From positions 480,001 to 544,000 of the forward strand of contig OY762911.1 of the NCBI GenBank assembly GCA_963666565.1: a stretch of 64,000 nucleotides of DNA, written 5' to 3'. The notes below the pieces were generated by a model, which did not search any database, was not told the origin of the DNA, and worked only from the letters and a program-made list of their open reading frames with translations. This DNA is from Thermoanaerobaculia bacterium (GTDB lineage: Bacteria > Acidobacteriota > Thermoanaerobaculia > Multivoradales > Multivoraceae). Positions 9,401 to 21,053 of this stretch are shown piece after piece. A program made the position numbers and the translations under genes. Positions within the stretch are counted from its first letter, which is position 1. Every line of letters begins with the position of its first letter.

Positions 9401-10573
9401 ATGGCAGACAACCCGACCCCGAACGAGAACGCCCCAAAGGGCGGAGACGGCGAGAGACGCGCGCTGGTGGCGCTCAACATGGTCCACGGCAACCGCGGTC
9501 TCATCTGCGCCCTCGCCCAACGGCGCCCCGCGCCCGAGGAACTCCGCTGCGACCGTTTCGCCGCGCGGGCGGCGAGCTGCCTCGAGGCGCCGCGGCACAA
9601 GGTGAGGACCATCCTGCTCGCGGCGCGCGGCCGCCTCGACGACGCCGGCGCGGAGATGGCGCGGGCCGGCGAGGAGGGGGTGGCGATCGTCACCCTGCTC
9701 GATCCGGATTACCCGCCGGCGCTCGCCGACCTCGGACTGCAGGCGCCTCCCGTCCTCTACGTGCGCGGCCGCCTGAACGCCGCGCCCGGCATCTCCGTCG
9801 TCGGTTCGCGCAAGGCGGACGCGTACGGTCTCGAAGTCACCGCCTGGTTCGCGCGCCGGCTGGCCGCGGCCGGCCTGGTCGTCATCTCGGGATTCGCCCG
9901 CGGCATCGACCAGGCCGCCCACCGCAGCGCTCTCGCGGCCCGCGCCGGCACCGGTCGCACCGCCGCCGTGCTCGGCTGCGGGATCGACGTCGACTACCCC
10001 CGCAACAGCCGCCGCACCGCGGCCGAGATCGCTCGCCACGGTTGCCTCGTCACCGAGTTCCCGTTCGGCTGGCAGCCCCGCCCCATGCACTTCCCGATCC
10101 GCAACCGCATCATCGCCGCGCTCGGCTTCGCTTCGCTCGTCGTGCGCGCCGCGCGGCGCTCCGGCTCCCTGATCACGGCGCGGCTGGCGCTGGACCTCGG
10201 GCGCGATGTCTACGCGGTGCCGGGTTCCGTCCTCTCCCGGGCTTCCGCCGGCGCCCACCTGCTGCTGCGGGACGGAGCGATTCCCGCGCTCGACCCCGAC
10301 GCGATGCTCGAAACCCTGCCCACGGCGGTCCTCGACCGGCTCGAAAGCGTCCCCGCGAATCCGCGCGAGCCGACCTCGTCGTCCGACCCCGGCGCTTCCT
10401 CCGAGGTCGACGGCCTCCTCGCCGTCCTGCGGGAAGGCGCCTCGACCCCGGAGGAACTCGCGTCCCGGCTTCGGCAACCCGTGCCCGGCGTCCTCGCCAC
10501 GCTCGCCCGCCTGGAAATCGACGGACTCGTCCGCCGCTACGAGGGCGCGAACTACGCGCTGACGACCCGCTGA
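9401..10573 (+). CDS. dprA: DNA-processing protein DprA
   Basis: YP...PPVLYVRG, VVGSR, SGFARGID, FPIRNRII and SGSLITA motifs, with a C-terminal winged helix. Confidence 0.95.
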   Translation: MADNPTPNENAPKGGDGERRALVALNMVHGNRGLICALAQRRPAPEELRCDRFAARAASCLEAPRHKVRTILLAARGRLDDAGAEMARAGEEGVAIVTLLDPDYPPALADLGLQAPPVLYVRGRLNAAPGISVVGSRKADAYGLEVTAWFARRLAAAGLVVISGFARGIDQAAHRSALAARAGTGRTAAVLGCGIDVDYPRNSRRTAAEIARHGCLVTEFPFGWQPRPMHFPIRNRIIAALGFASLVVRAARRSGSLITARLALDLGRDVYAVPGSVLSRASAGAHLLLRDGAIPALDPDAMLETLPTAVLDRLESVPANPREPTSSSDPGASSEVDGLLAVLREGASTPEELASRLRQPVPGVLATLARLEIDGLVRRYEGANYALTTR

Positions 10574-10701
10574 CGGGCTGGGTGCGCGGGTCTTCCGACC
10601 CGCCCATCGGCGCGACGACTTCGCCGCCCCCAAACCCTGCCGCCGCGGGCCGGGTGCGCGGGTCTTCCGACCCGCCCAGCGGCCGCGGCGACTTCGCCGC
10701 C
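10574..10701. repeat. two direct copies (period 72 bp) of a REP-like hairpin plus flank
   Basis: GGGTGCGCGGGTCTTCCGACCCGCCCA...GACTTCGCCGCC at 10574-10628 and 10646-10701, between convergent dprA and topA. Confidence 0.85.
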
Positions 10702-10702
10702 G

Positions 10703-13399
10703 CTATCGCTGGCGCCGCGTCTTCTTCTTCGCCGGCCTCCTCCTACGCGCCGGCCGGCGGCGGGGCGCCCGGGGGTCCTTGCCCTGGGCCACCAGCTTCG
10801 CCTCGCGCGCCGCCAGGAGTTCGACCGCTTCTTCCAGGCCGACCTCCTGCGGCTCCCTGCCCTTCGGCACCGTTGCGTTGACCTGGCCGTCCGTCACGTA
10901 AGGTCCGTAGCGCCCCGTCTTGACGGAGAGAGCGAGGCCGCTTTGCGGGTGCTCGCCCAGCTCCTTGAGCACGGACGACGCGCCCCGGCGGCGCTTGGGC
11001 TGGCGCAGCAACGCCAGAGCCTCGTCGAGGGTCAGGGTCGCCATCTGCTCGTGGCCTTCCAGGCTGCGGCTCTCCTTGCCGCAGCGGACGTAGGGCCCGT
11101 ACCGCCCGTCCTGCACGGTGACCGCCTCGCCGCTGTCGGGATGGGGCCCGAGCTCGCGCGGGAACGACAGCGCAAGGAGCGCTTCGTCGAGCGTCAGTCG
11201 CTCCCGGTCCATCGACGGCCACAGGCTGGCTGTCTTCGGCTTGCCTGCGCCGCGCCCGGCCTTCCGGCCCTTGCCGCCCGGCGACGGTTCCCCCAACTGG
11301 ACGTAGTCGCCGTAGCGGCCCGTCTTGACGTAGACGGGTTCGCCGGTCTCCGGATGACGGCCGAGCGGACCGCTCTCTTCCGGCGCGCTTTCGAGCATCG
11401 AGAGAGCGCGCTCCAGCGTGATTTCGTCGGGCGGCACGTTGTCCTCGAGGGACAACCGCTGGCCGTCGTCGCCCGCCTGGAGGTAGGCGCCGTAGCGGCC
11501 GACGCGGACGACGACCTCCCGGCCCTCCCCGTCCTCGCCCAGCCGCAACGAACAGACCGCCCTGGCGTCGATGCCGTCCACGCCGTCCCCGACCATGGAC
11601 TGCAGACCCTCGCGGCCGGCCTCGGACGGGCCCGGCTCGCGGCCGAAGTAGAAGTGGCGCAACCAGGGTTCGGCTTCCCGTTCGCCGCCGGCGATCGCAT
11701 CGAGATCGGCCTCCATGCGCGCCGTGAAGTCGAGGTCCACGAGATCGCCGAGGTGCCGCTCCAGCAGTCGGGTCACGGCGAAGGCGAGGAACGTCGGCAC
11801 CAGGGCCGAGCCCTTCTTCCAGACGTACCCCCGGTCGACGATCGTCTGCAGGATGGCGGCGTAGGTCGAGGGCCGGCCGACCCCCTGCTCTTCCAGTTCG
11901 CGAACGAGACTGGCCTCCGTGTAGCGCGCCGGCGGCTGGGTCGTGTGGCCGTTCGCCTCGGCGCCGGCCACTCCGACCGTTTCGCCCTGGCGAAGGGCCG
12001 GCAGGAACCGCTCCTCGTCCTCGGCGCGGCGCCGCGGATCGTCGCGACCCTCCACGTAGACGCGCAGGAAGCCGGCGAAGCGCAGCACGCGGCCCGAGGC
12101 GGCCAGTTGAACCGGTCCGGCCCCGGGTGTGGACGTCTCCAGGCGCACGCTCGTCGTGGTGCCCTTGGCGTCCTTCATTTGGGACGCCAATGTCCGCTTC
12201 CAGATCAGTTCGTACAGACGGAGCGAGTCCCGATCGAGGGCGCCGCGCACCTGGTTCGGCGTGCGGAAGCTGGTGCCCGCGGGCCGGATCGCCTCGTGCG
12301 CCTCCTGCGCCTTCGCCCTGCTGGCGTAGACCCGCGCCTTCCCCGGCAGGTACTCCGCGCCGTAGAGATCGGCGACCTGCCGCCGCGCGGCGGCGATCGC
12401 CTGCCCGGACAGCACCGTCGAGTCCGTCCGCATGTAGGTGATGTAACCGTTCTCGTACAGCCCCTGGGCCACTCTCATCGTCCTCTGGGCGGCGAACCGC
12501 AGCTTGCGCGCCGCCTCCTGCTGGAGGGTCGACGTGATGAACGGCGCGTAGGGGCGGCGGGTGAAGGGCCGCTCCTTCACCTCGGCGACCGTCGGACGGG
12601 TCGCGGGCAACTCCTCGCCCAGCTTCCGGGCCTCGGCCTGAGAGAGCAGGTGCGCCTTCGTCTTCAGCTCTCCGGTCGTCCGGTCGAAGTCCCGGCCGCG
12701 GGCCACCGTCCTGCCGCCGATCGCCGACACCCTCGCGGAGAAGCGGCGGTTCTCGCCGTCTTCGGTCTCCAGCTCCGCCTCCACCGACCAGTAGCCGGCC
12801 GGCACGAAGGCCATCCGCTCGCGCTCCCGCTCCACCACGATCCGGGTCGCCACCGACTGCACGCGGCCGGCCGACAGGCGCGGCTGCACCTTCTTCCAGA
12901 GCACCGGAGAGACCTCGTAGCCGTAGAGCCGGTCCAGCACCCGCCGGGCCTCCTGGGCGTCCACCAGCCGGCGGTCGATGTTCCGCGTCTCGTTCAGGGC
13001 AGCCTCGACCGCCGACTTCGTGATCTCGTGGAAGACCATCCGGCGCACCGGGACCTTCGGCCGGAGCACCTCCTGCAGGTGCCACGCGATCGCCTCGCCC
13101 TCGCGATCCTCATCGGTCGCGAGCACGAGCTCGTCGGCGTTCCGCAGTGCCTTGCGGAGTTTCGCGATCTGCTCCTTCTTCTCGCGCGGGATCACGTAGA
13201 GCGGATCGAATCCGCCGTCGATGTCGACCCCGAGGCGGGCCCACGGACGCCCCCGGTACTTCTGCGGCACCTCGGCGGCGGTCCGGGGCAGGTCCCGGAT
13301 GTGGCCGATCGAGGACTCCACCCGGTAGCCGGGCCCGAGGTAGCGCTCGATCGTCCGGGCCTTGGCCGGCGACTCGACGATGACGAGAGAGTTGCTCAT
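10703..13399 (-). CDS. topA: DNA topoisomerase I with C-terminal Topo_C repeats
   Basis: IVESPAKA, ATDEDREGE, SAGRVQS and ITYMRTDS (catalytic Tyr) motifs, plus GRYG repeats. Confidence 0.97.
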   Translation of the reverse strand: MSNSLVIVESPAKARTIERYLGPGYRVESSIGHIRDLPRTAAEVPQKYRGRPWARLGVDIDGGFDPLYVIPREKKEQIAKLRKALRNADELVLATDEDREGEAIAWHLQEVLRPKVPVRRMVFHEITKSAVEAALNETRNIDRRLVDAQEARRVLDRLYGYEVSPVLWKKVQPRLSAGRVQSVATRIVVERERERMAFVPAGYWSVEAELETEDGENRRFSARVSAIGGRTVARGRDFDRTTGELKTKAHLLSQAEARKLGEELPATRPTVAEVKERPFTRRPYAPFITSTLQQEAARKLRFAAQRTMRVAQGLYENGYITYMRTDSTVLSGQAIAAARRQVADLYGAEYLPGKARVYASRAKAQEAHEAIRPAGTSFRTPNQVRGALDRDSLRLYELIWKRTLASQMKDAKGTTTSVRLETSTPGAGPVQLAASGRVLRFAGFLRVYVEGRDDPRRRAEDEERFLPALRQGETVGVAGAEANGHTTQPPARYTEASLVRELEEQGVGRPSTYAAILQTIVDRGYVWKKGSALVPTFLAFAVTRLLERHLGDLVDLDFTARMEADLDAIAGGEREAEPWLRHFYFGREPGPSEAGREGLQSMVGDGVDGIDARAVCSLRLGEDGEGREVVVRVGRYGAYLQAGDDGQRLSLEDNVPPDEITLERALSMLESAPEESGPLGRHPETGEPVYVKTGRYGDYVQLGEPSPGGKGRKAGRGAGKPKTASLWPSMDRERLTLDEALLALSFPRELGPHPDSGEAVTVQDGRYGPYVRCGKESRSLEGHEQMATLTLDEALALLRQPKRRRGASSVLKELGEHPQSGLALSVKTGRYGPYVTDGQVNATVPKGREPQEVGLEEAVELLAAREAKLVAQGKDPRAPRRRPARRRRPAKKKTRRQR

Positions 13400-13411
13400 A
13401 CGCGCGGGGCG

Positions 13412-13461
13412 ACGATAGTAGAGAAGCGGACCTTGTCAAGCTGGCCGCGCCTTGCCATGAT
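13412..13461. promoter_or_regulatory. divergent sigma70-type promoters of topA and trmFO with overlapping -35 boxes
   Basis: Plus strand: TTGTCA(13433-38)-17 nt-CATGAT(13456-61) with an extended TG. Minus strand: TTGACA(13439-34)-16 nt-TATCGT(13417-12). Confidence 0.6.
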
Positions 13462-13467
13462 GCGGCA

Positions 13468-14862
<1,395 letters not shown>

Positions 14863-15837
14863 TCGGGGACTTCCTGGAGTACCTGGAGCTGGAGCGCAAC
14901 TGCTCCGTACACACCGTGCGCGCGTACGGCAAGGATCTTCGGACCTTCGCCGAGTTCCGCGCCGGCGGCGGCAGCCGCGACCGGGACCTGAACGACATCG
15001 ACCAGTTGCTGGTCCGGTCCTACGTCGCCTCTCTCAACCGGCGGCGGCTGGCGCGCCGCACCCAGGGCCGCCACCTGTCGGCCCTGCGCGGCCTGTTCCG
15101 CTACGCCTGCCTGATGGGCCGGATGGAGTCGAACCCCGCCGAGTCCGTGCCGACGCCGAAGATCGAGAAGACCCTGCCGCGGCACCTGCGCCCGGCCGAG
15201 ATCGACGCCCTGCTGGAGGCCCCGGCCGGCCGCGAGGGGCCGCTCGGCCTGCGGGACCGCGCGCTGCTCGAACTGCTCTACGCCTCGGGACTCCGGGTCG
15301 GCGAGCTGGTCGCCCTGAACTGGCGCGACGTCGATCTTCCCGCCAGGGTCCTGCGCGTGATCGGCAAGGGAGACCGCGAGCGGATGACGCCCTTCGGCGC
15401 GCCGGCCGCGAAGGCGCTCCGCCATTGGCTCGAGGCCTGGGAGGACCTGTTCCGGCGCCGGGCCGGCGACGCGGACCGGCACCTGGAACCGGTCTTCCTG
15501 AACCGGAACGGCGGCCGGCTCAGCGCGCGGTCCGTCCGTCGTATCATCGACCGCTACGTCGAGGAGACGGCGCAGGCGGCGGGCGCTCATCCGCACGCCC
15601 TGCGCCACAGCTTCGCGACTCACCTGCTCGAATCCGGCGCCGATCTGCGTTCCATCCAGGAACTTCTCGGCCATGCTTCGCTCTCGACCACCCAGCGCTA
15701 CATGCACGTGGACACCGGCCGCCTGCTCCAGGTCTACCGGGAGAGCCATCCGCGGGCCAAGGGTGCCTGAGCTTCCGGCCCCGAACGTGCCGGCGCCCCA
15801 TCCTGCCCCTCCAGCCAGCTAACAAGAGGATCCCCCA

Positions 15838-16662
15838 ATGAAACTCCCCTTCGCCCGCCGGACCTTCGCGTCCGCCCTGGCAGCGTCCGCGGCCGCGTGC
15901 CTGGCCGTTGCCGGCGCGGCCGCGGCCCAGGACGACCTGCGCGGCTTCCAACTCGTCGGCGACTACCAGCTCTTCCTGCAGGGACGGGAGGCGCCCGACG
16001 CCCAGCTCTACCTCTCGCGCACCGCCGGCGCCTTCCTGGTGATCGCCGACGACCTGCCTTCCCCGGTGCTGCTGAGCGCCCGCAACCAGATGACCCGCAA
16101 GGTCCAGTTGCTCAAGATCTCCCCCACCGGCGAGGACACGCTCGACCTGTTGCCCGGCGCGCTCTTCGGCCCCGCGATGGCGTTCCGGCCGATCCCCAAG
16201 GGTCTCGAGTTCGCGGTCGACGGCGTCCTGGCCCAGCTCCGGCAGCGCCCGTCCTGGGCCGGCGAAGCGACGCTCGCCGACCTCTACTCGCACGAACCCG
16301 GCTACCGCCGCGACGCCAGGTCCTACGAGGCGAACGCGGCGGCCATGGCCGAGGTGGCCGAACTCGGCGCCGGCGTCGAGGTCCGGGTGGTGTTCGGGTC
16401 CTGGTGCCACGTCTGCGAGCGGTTCATGCCGCGCGGCCTGAAGGTCCACGAGCAGCTCGAGAGCTCGCCCGTGCGGTTCACCTACTACGGACTCGGAGAC
16501 GACAACCCCTGGGGCGACGCGGAAGTGGACCGCCTGGAGGTCAAGGAACTCCCGACCGCCATCGTCTACCGGGACGGCCGGGAGATCGGCCGCTACGTCG
16601 GCGGCCCCGGCTGGACCAGTCCCGAGGTCTCCCTGCTCAACATTCTGCGCGAGAATCCGTAG
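15838..16662 (+). CDS. exported thioredoxin-family protein
   Basis: Signal peptide and a C-terminal thioredoxin fold with WCHVC and LPT cis-Pro motif. Confidence 0.8.
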   Translation: MKLPFARRTFASALAASAAACLAVAGAAAAQDDLRGFQLVGDYQLFLQGREAPDAQLYLSRTAGAFLVIADDLPSPVLLSARNQMTRKVQLLKISPTGEDTLDLLPGALFGPAMAFRPIPKGLEFAVDGVLAQLRQRPSWAGEATLADLYSHEPGYRRDARSYEANAAAMAEVAELGAGVEVRVVFGSWCHVCERFMPRGLKVHEQLESSPVRFTYYGLGDDNPWGDAEVDRLEVKELPTAIVYRDGREIGRYVGGPGWTSPEVSLLNILRENP

Positions 16663-16711
16663 ACCAGCTTCGACCGCTCCCCGACGGTCGGCTCGGAGAG
16701 GCCAACAGACC

Positions 16712-17269
16712 ATGACCACCATCCTGCTCGTGCGCCGCGGCGGCGCCACCTGCATGGCCAGCGACGGCCAGGTCACCAACGGCGCCGCGAACACGGTGAT
16801 CAAGGCCCGGGCCCGGAAGGTCCAGCGGGCCGGCAAGGGAAACGTGCTGGTCGGTTTCGCCGGCGGCGGCGCCGACGCCCTGGCCCTCTTCTCCCGCTTC
16901 GAGGCGAAGCTCGACGAGTTCCAGGGGAACTTCGAGCGCGCGGTGGTCGAACTGGCGATGGACTGGCGGACGGACCGGGCGCTGCGCCGGCTCGAGGCGC
17001 AGATGATCGTGACCGACGGCCGCAAGAGCTTTCTCGCGATGGGCAACGGCGACCTCCTGGAACCGGACAGCGACATGCCGCTCGCCATCGGCTCGGGCGG
17101 CAACTACGCGCTCGCGGCGGCCCGCTCGCTGCTCGAGCACACCGAACTCGACGCCGAGCGGATCGCCTTGGAAGCGATGCGGATCACCGCCGACCTGTGC
17201 GTCTACACGAACGACGAAATCACCGTCGAGCGTCTCGAAGCCGGCGGAGACGGCGGAAACGGCGCATGA
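16712..17269 (+). CDS. hslV: ATP-dependent protease subunit HslV
   Basis: N-terminal TT, DGQVT, WRTDR and IGSGG motifs. Confidence 0.96.
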   Translation: MTTILLVRRGGATCMASDGQVTNGAANTVIKARARKVQRAGKGNVLVGFAGGGADALALFSRFEAKLDEFQGNFERAVVELAMDWRTDRALRRLEAQMIVTDGRKSFLAMGNGDLLEPDSDMPLAIGSGGNYALAAARSLLEHTELDAERIALEAMRITADLCVYTNDEITVERLEAGGDGGNGA

Positions 17270-18639
17270 CCCCGCCTCCGGCGCCGAACGCTCCGTTCGT
17301 CGAGGACCTCACGCCGCGCGAGATTGTCGCCGCGCTCGACCGCCACGTCGTCGGCCAGAAGGACGCCAAGCGCGCCGTGGCGATCGCCATGCGCAACCGC
17401 TGGCGGCGGCAGCAGCTCGACCCGGTGACCGCCGAGGACATCGCGCCCAAGAACATCCTGATGATGGGTCCCACCGGCGTCGGCAAGACGGAGATCGCGC
17501 GCCGGCTGGCCAAGCTCGCCCGCGCGCCGTTCCTCAAGATCGAGGCGAGCAAGTTCACCGAGGTCGGCTACGTCGGCCGCGACGTCGAGTCGATCGTCCG
17601 CGACCTGATGGAGCTCGCGGTGGCGATGGTCGGCGAGGAGCAGCGGACGGCGGTCGAGGCGGACGCGGCGACCCGCGCCGACGAGAGGCTGCTGCAGATC
17701 CTCGTGCCCCAGCCGCCCCAGCCGGCCGGCGAGTCGAGCGATCCCGCCGACCAGCCGGCCCCGACCGAGACCCGGGAGCGCTTCCGCCAGTGGATCGAGG
17801 AAGGGCGCCTCGACCACCGGATGGTCGAGATCGAGGTGGACGACGCCTCGCAACAGCAGTTCGAGATGTTCACTCCCCAGGGCGTCGAGGCGGTGGGCAT
17901 CAACCTGAAGGACATGCTCCCCGGCCTGTTCGGCAAGCGCAAGCGCCAGACCGTCGAAGTGCGCGAGGCGCGGGAGATCCTCAGGCGGCAGGAAGCCGAG
18001 GCGCTGATCGACCGCCACGACGTGGCCCAGGAAGCCCGCCTGCGGGTCGAACAGGCCGGCATCGTCTTCCTCGACGAGATCGACAAGGTCGCCGGCCGCA
18101 ACGGCGGCCACGGTCCCGACGTGTCGCGCGAGGGCGTCCAGCGCGATCTGCTGCCGATCGTCGAGGGGACCACGGTGACGACCAAGTACGGACCCGTCAA
18201 GACGGATCACGTCCTGTTCATCGGCGCCGGCGCGTTCCACGTGGCCAAGCCGTCCGACCTGATCCCCGAACTCCAGGGCCGCTTCCCGATCCGGGTCGAA
18301 CTCGGCGCGCTGGGCGAGGAGGAATTCGTCCGCATCCTCACCGAGCCGGACAGCGCGCTGACCACCCAGTACCGCGCGCTGCTCGGCGCCGAGGGCCTCG
18401 ACCTGACCTTCGGCGACGACGCGGTGCGGGAAGTCGCCCGGCTCGCGGTGCAGGTCAACTCCCAGACCGAGAACATCGGCGCACGCCGGCTGGCCACGCT
18501 GATGGAGCGCCTCCTCGAAGAGGTCTCCTTCGAGGCGCCGGACATGGACGGCGTGAGCCTGGCGGTCGACGCCGCCTACGTGAACCGCGCGCTCGCCGAC
18601 GTGGTGGAAGACCGCGACCTGAGCCGCTATGTGCTCTGA
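17266..18639 (+). CDS. hslU: ATP-dependent protease ATPase subunit HslU
   Basis: GPTGVGKT, FLDEIDK, ELQGRFPIRV, ENIGARRL and DLSRYVL motifs. ATG 17266 overlaps the hslV stop. Confidence 0.97.
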   Translation: MTPPPAPNAPFVEDLTPREIVAALDRHVVGQKDAKRAVAIAMRNRWRRQQLDPVTAEDIAPKNILMMGPTGVGKTEIARRLAKLARAPFLKIEASKFTEVGYVGRDVESIVRDLMELAVAMVGEEQRTAVEADAATRADERLLQILVPQPPQPAGESSDPADQPAPTETRERFRQWIEEGRLDHRMVEIEVDDASQQQFEMFTPQGVEAVGINLKDMLPGLFGKRKRQTVEVREAREILRRQEAEALIDRHDVAQEARLRVEQAGIVFLDEIDKVAGRNGGHGPDVSREGVQRDLLPIVEGTTVTTKYGPVKTDHVLFIGAGAFHVAKPSDLIPELQGRFPIRVELGALGEEEFVRILTEPDSALTTQYRALLGAEGLDLTFGDDAVREVARLAVQVNSQTENIGARRLATLMERLLEEVSFEAPDMDGVSLAVDAAYVNRALADVVEDRDLSRYVL

Positions 18640-18886
18640 AGCGGGCAGCCGCCGTCCGTTTGGAACCGCCGCGCCCGCGGTCGTCCTGGTCGCGCTCCTG
18701 GCCTGCCTGGGGTGCGGGCTGAAGGGCGACCCTCTGCCTCCGCTGCGCCCGCCCGAGCCAGCCGAGGAAGAGGTTCCGGCCGGGACGGAGGACGCGAGCG
18801 AGGCCAGCGCCGAGGACGACGAGAACGCCGAGAGCGAGGACGGCGACGGCGGGGAGGACGGCAGCGGCGCCAAGGGTCCGGCATGA
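18629..18886 (+). CDS. small lipoprotein, LptM/YifL-like
   Basis: Lipobox followed by CGLKGDPLPP and an acidic tail, immediately before dapF as for yifL/lptM. Confidence 0.7.
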   Translation: MCSEAGSRRPFGTAAPAVVLVALLACLGCGLKGDPLPPLRPPEPAEEEVPAGTEDASEASAEDDENAESEDGDGGEDGSGAKGPA

Positions 18887-19746
18887 CCGGGCAGGGCGGC
18901 ACGCCGTTCTTCTTCGTGTCCGGCGCGGGCAACGACTTCATCGCCCTCCTCGAGCAGCCGGCGCCCGAGCCGGAGACGATCAGGGCGTGGTGCCGGCGAG
19001 GGGCGTCGGTCGGCGCCGACGGGCTCTTCACCCTGCGCCGGGTCGCCACGGACCGCTACGCCCTCGACTACGCGAACGCCGACGGCGCCCGCGCGGCCCT
19101 GTGCCTGAACGCCGCCCGCTGTGCCGCCCGCCTGGCCTTCCAGCAGGAACCGCGCGCCGAACGGCTGACGATCGAGACCGGCGCCGGCGCCCTGGTCGCC
19201 GAGCCGGTCGACGACTCGCGCACTGCCATCATCGTGCCGGCAACGGCTGCCGGCCGCGCGATGACGCTGCACGCGGGCGCCCGTGACCACCCGGGCCGCC
19301 GGATCGACGCCGGTGTCCCCCACTTCGTGCTGGGGTGGCCCGGCGACCTGGACGAGGCGCCGGTCGCCTCGCTCGGCCCGGAACTGCGCGCGCACCCGGA
19401 CCTGGGGCCGGAAGGCGCGAACGTCCACTTCGTCGTGTTCGACTCGCCCGGACGCTTCCGCATCCGCTCCTTCGAGCGCGGCGTGGAAGCCGAGACCCTC
19501 GCCTGCGGCACCGGCGTCGTGGCGGCGGCCGCCTGCGGGATCGCCGAGGGCCGGCTCGCGCTGCCGGTCGCGGCCGAGACCCGCGGCGGCTTCGAGCTGC
19601 GCTTGGAGGCCGCGCCGGACGGACCGGACGGGAACGGCCGCTGGCGCCTGTCCGGCGACGCCAGGATCGTCGCCAGCGGCCGCATCGCCGGCGACGCGGC
19701 CGCGCGCGCGAGGTCCTCGCGGGAGTCCCCGCCCGGCGTTCCCTGA
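18883..19746 (+). CDS. dapF: diaminopimelate epimerase
   Basis: GAGNDF, GADG, CLNAARC, GVPH and ERGVEAETLACGTG motifs. Confidence 0.92.
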   Translation: MTGQGGTPFFFVSGAGNDFIALLEQPAPEPETIRAWCRRGASVGADGLFTLRRVATDRYALDYANADGARAALCLNAARCAARLAFQQEPRAERLTIETGAGALVAEPVDDSRTAIIVPATAAGRAMTLHAGARDHPGRRIDAGVPHFVLGWPGDLDEAPVASLGPELRAHPDLGPEGANVHFVVFDSPGRFRIRSFERGVEAETLACGTGVVAAAACGIAEGRLALPVAAETRGGFELRLEAAPDGPDGNGRWRLSGDARIVASGRIAGDAAARARSSRESPPGVP

Positions 19747-19833
19747 GACGGCGTCCGGCCGGCGGCAACCGGGCGCGTCCGGACGGCCCAACCCGCCGCG
19801 TCCTGGCCGCGACCGGCTGCTACCCTCCGCGCC

Positions 19834-21051
19834 ATGAGCAGCTTCCCGCCAGTCGACGAGCAGATGGAACTGCTGCTGCGCGGGGCCGTCGACGTCGTCG
19901 AAGAAGAGGCGCTGCGCCTCCGGCTCGAGGACTCGCGCCGGCGGAACCGCCCTCTGCTGGTCAAGCTCGGCTTCGACCCCACCGCGCCCGATCTGCACCT
20001 GGGTCACACGGTGCCGCTGCGCAAGATGGCGCACTTCCAGCAACTCGGACACCGGGTCCTGTTCCTGGTCGGCGACTTCACGGCCATGATCGGCGACCCG
20101 ACCGGCAAGAAGGCCACCCGCCCGCAGCTCTCGCGCGACCAGGTCCTGGCCAACGCCGAGACCTACCAGGAGCAGGCCTGGAAGGTGCTCGACCGGGAGC
20201 GGACCGAGATCCTCCACAACAGCGAGTGGCTCTCCAAGCTGGGCGCCGAGGGCCTCATCCGGCTTGCCGGTTCCTACACCCTGGCCCGCATGATGGAACG
20301 CGAGGACTTCCGCGCCCGGTTCGAGAACCACGAACCGATCTCGATCCACGAGCTGCTCTATCCCCTCACCCAGGGCTACGACTCCGTCGTCCTGGAGGCC
20401 GACGTCGAACTCGGCGGACACGACCAGTTGCTCAACCTCCTGGTCGGCCGCGACCTGATGCGCGCCCGCGGCATGGAACCCCAGATCGCGCTCACCGTGC
20501 CGCTCCTGGTCGGCACCGACGGCGCGCAGAAGATGTCGAAGAGCCTCGGCAACGCGATCGCCCTGGACGACTCGCCCCGCGAGACGTTCGGCCGCACAAT
20601 GTCGATCCCCGACGACCTCATGTGGGACTGGCGGCTGCTGCTCACCGACCTGGACCAGGCGGAGATCGATCGCCAGCGAGCCGCGGTGCGTGGCGGTCAG
20701 GCGAACCCCCGCGATCTGAAGGCCGACCTCGCCCACGAACTGGTGCACCGTTTCCACGGCCCGGCGGCCGCGGACGAAGCCCGAGCCGAGTTCGACCGCA
20801 TGTTCCGCCGCGGCGGCGTGCCCGACGAGATCGAGACCCGTGCCGTCCCGGCTGGCCAGGCTCTCTTCGCCACGATCGCCGACGCCGGTCTTGCCGGCAG
20901 CAAGGCCGAAGCCCGTCGCCTGATCCAGCAAGGCGCCGTCCGCCTCGACGGCGAAAAGGTCCTCGACCCCTTCCTTCCGCTTCCGGCCACCTCCGAGGCC
21001 ATGCTGCTCAAGGTCGGCAAGCGCCGCTTCCTGAACGTCAGGCCCGGCTGA
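19834..21051 (+). CDS. tyrS: tyrosine--tRNA ligase
   Basis: GFDPTAPDLHLGH and KMSKS motifs, C-terminal S4 domain. Confidence 0.97.
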   Translation: MSSFPPVDEQMELLLRGAVDVVEEEALRLRLEDSRRRNRPLLVKLGFDPTAPDLHLGHTVPLRKMAHFQQLGHRVLFLVGDFTAMIGDPTGKKATRPQLSRDQVLANAETYQEQAWKVLDRERTEILHNSEWLSKLGAEGLIRLAGSYTLARMMEREDFRARFENHEPISIHELLYPLTQGYDSVVLEADVELGGHDQLLNLLVGRDLMRARGMEPQIALTVPLLVGTDGAQKMSKSLGNAIALDDSPRETFGRTMSIPDDLMWDWRLLLTDLDQAEIDRQRAAVRGGQANPRDLKADLAHELVHRFHGPAAADEARAEFDRMFRRGGVPDEIETRAVPAGQALFATIADAGLAGSKAEARRLIQQGAVRLDGEKVLDPFLPLPATSEAMLLKVGKRRFLNVRPG

Positions 21052-21053
21052 CC

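Noticed and set aside
17203-20931. Very long antisense or alternate-frame ORFs (also 32372..36127, 57046..60681, 5032..7968)
   Set aside because: These are expected stop-poor shadows in very GC-rich coding DNA, with no recognisable motifs.
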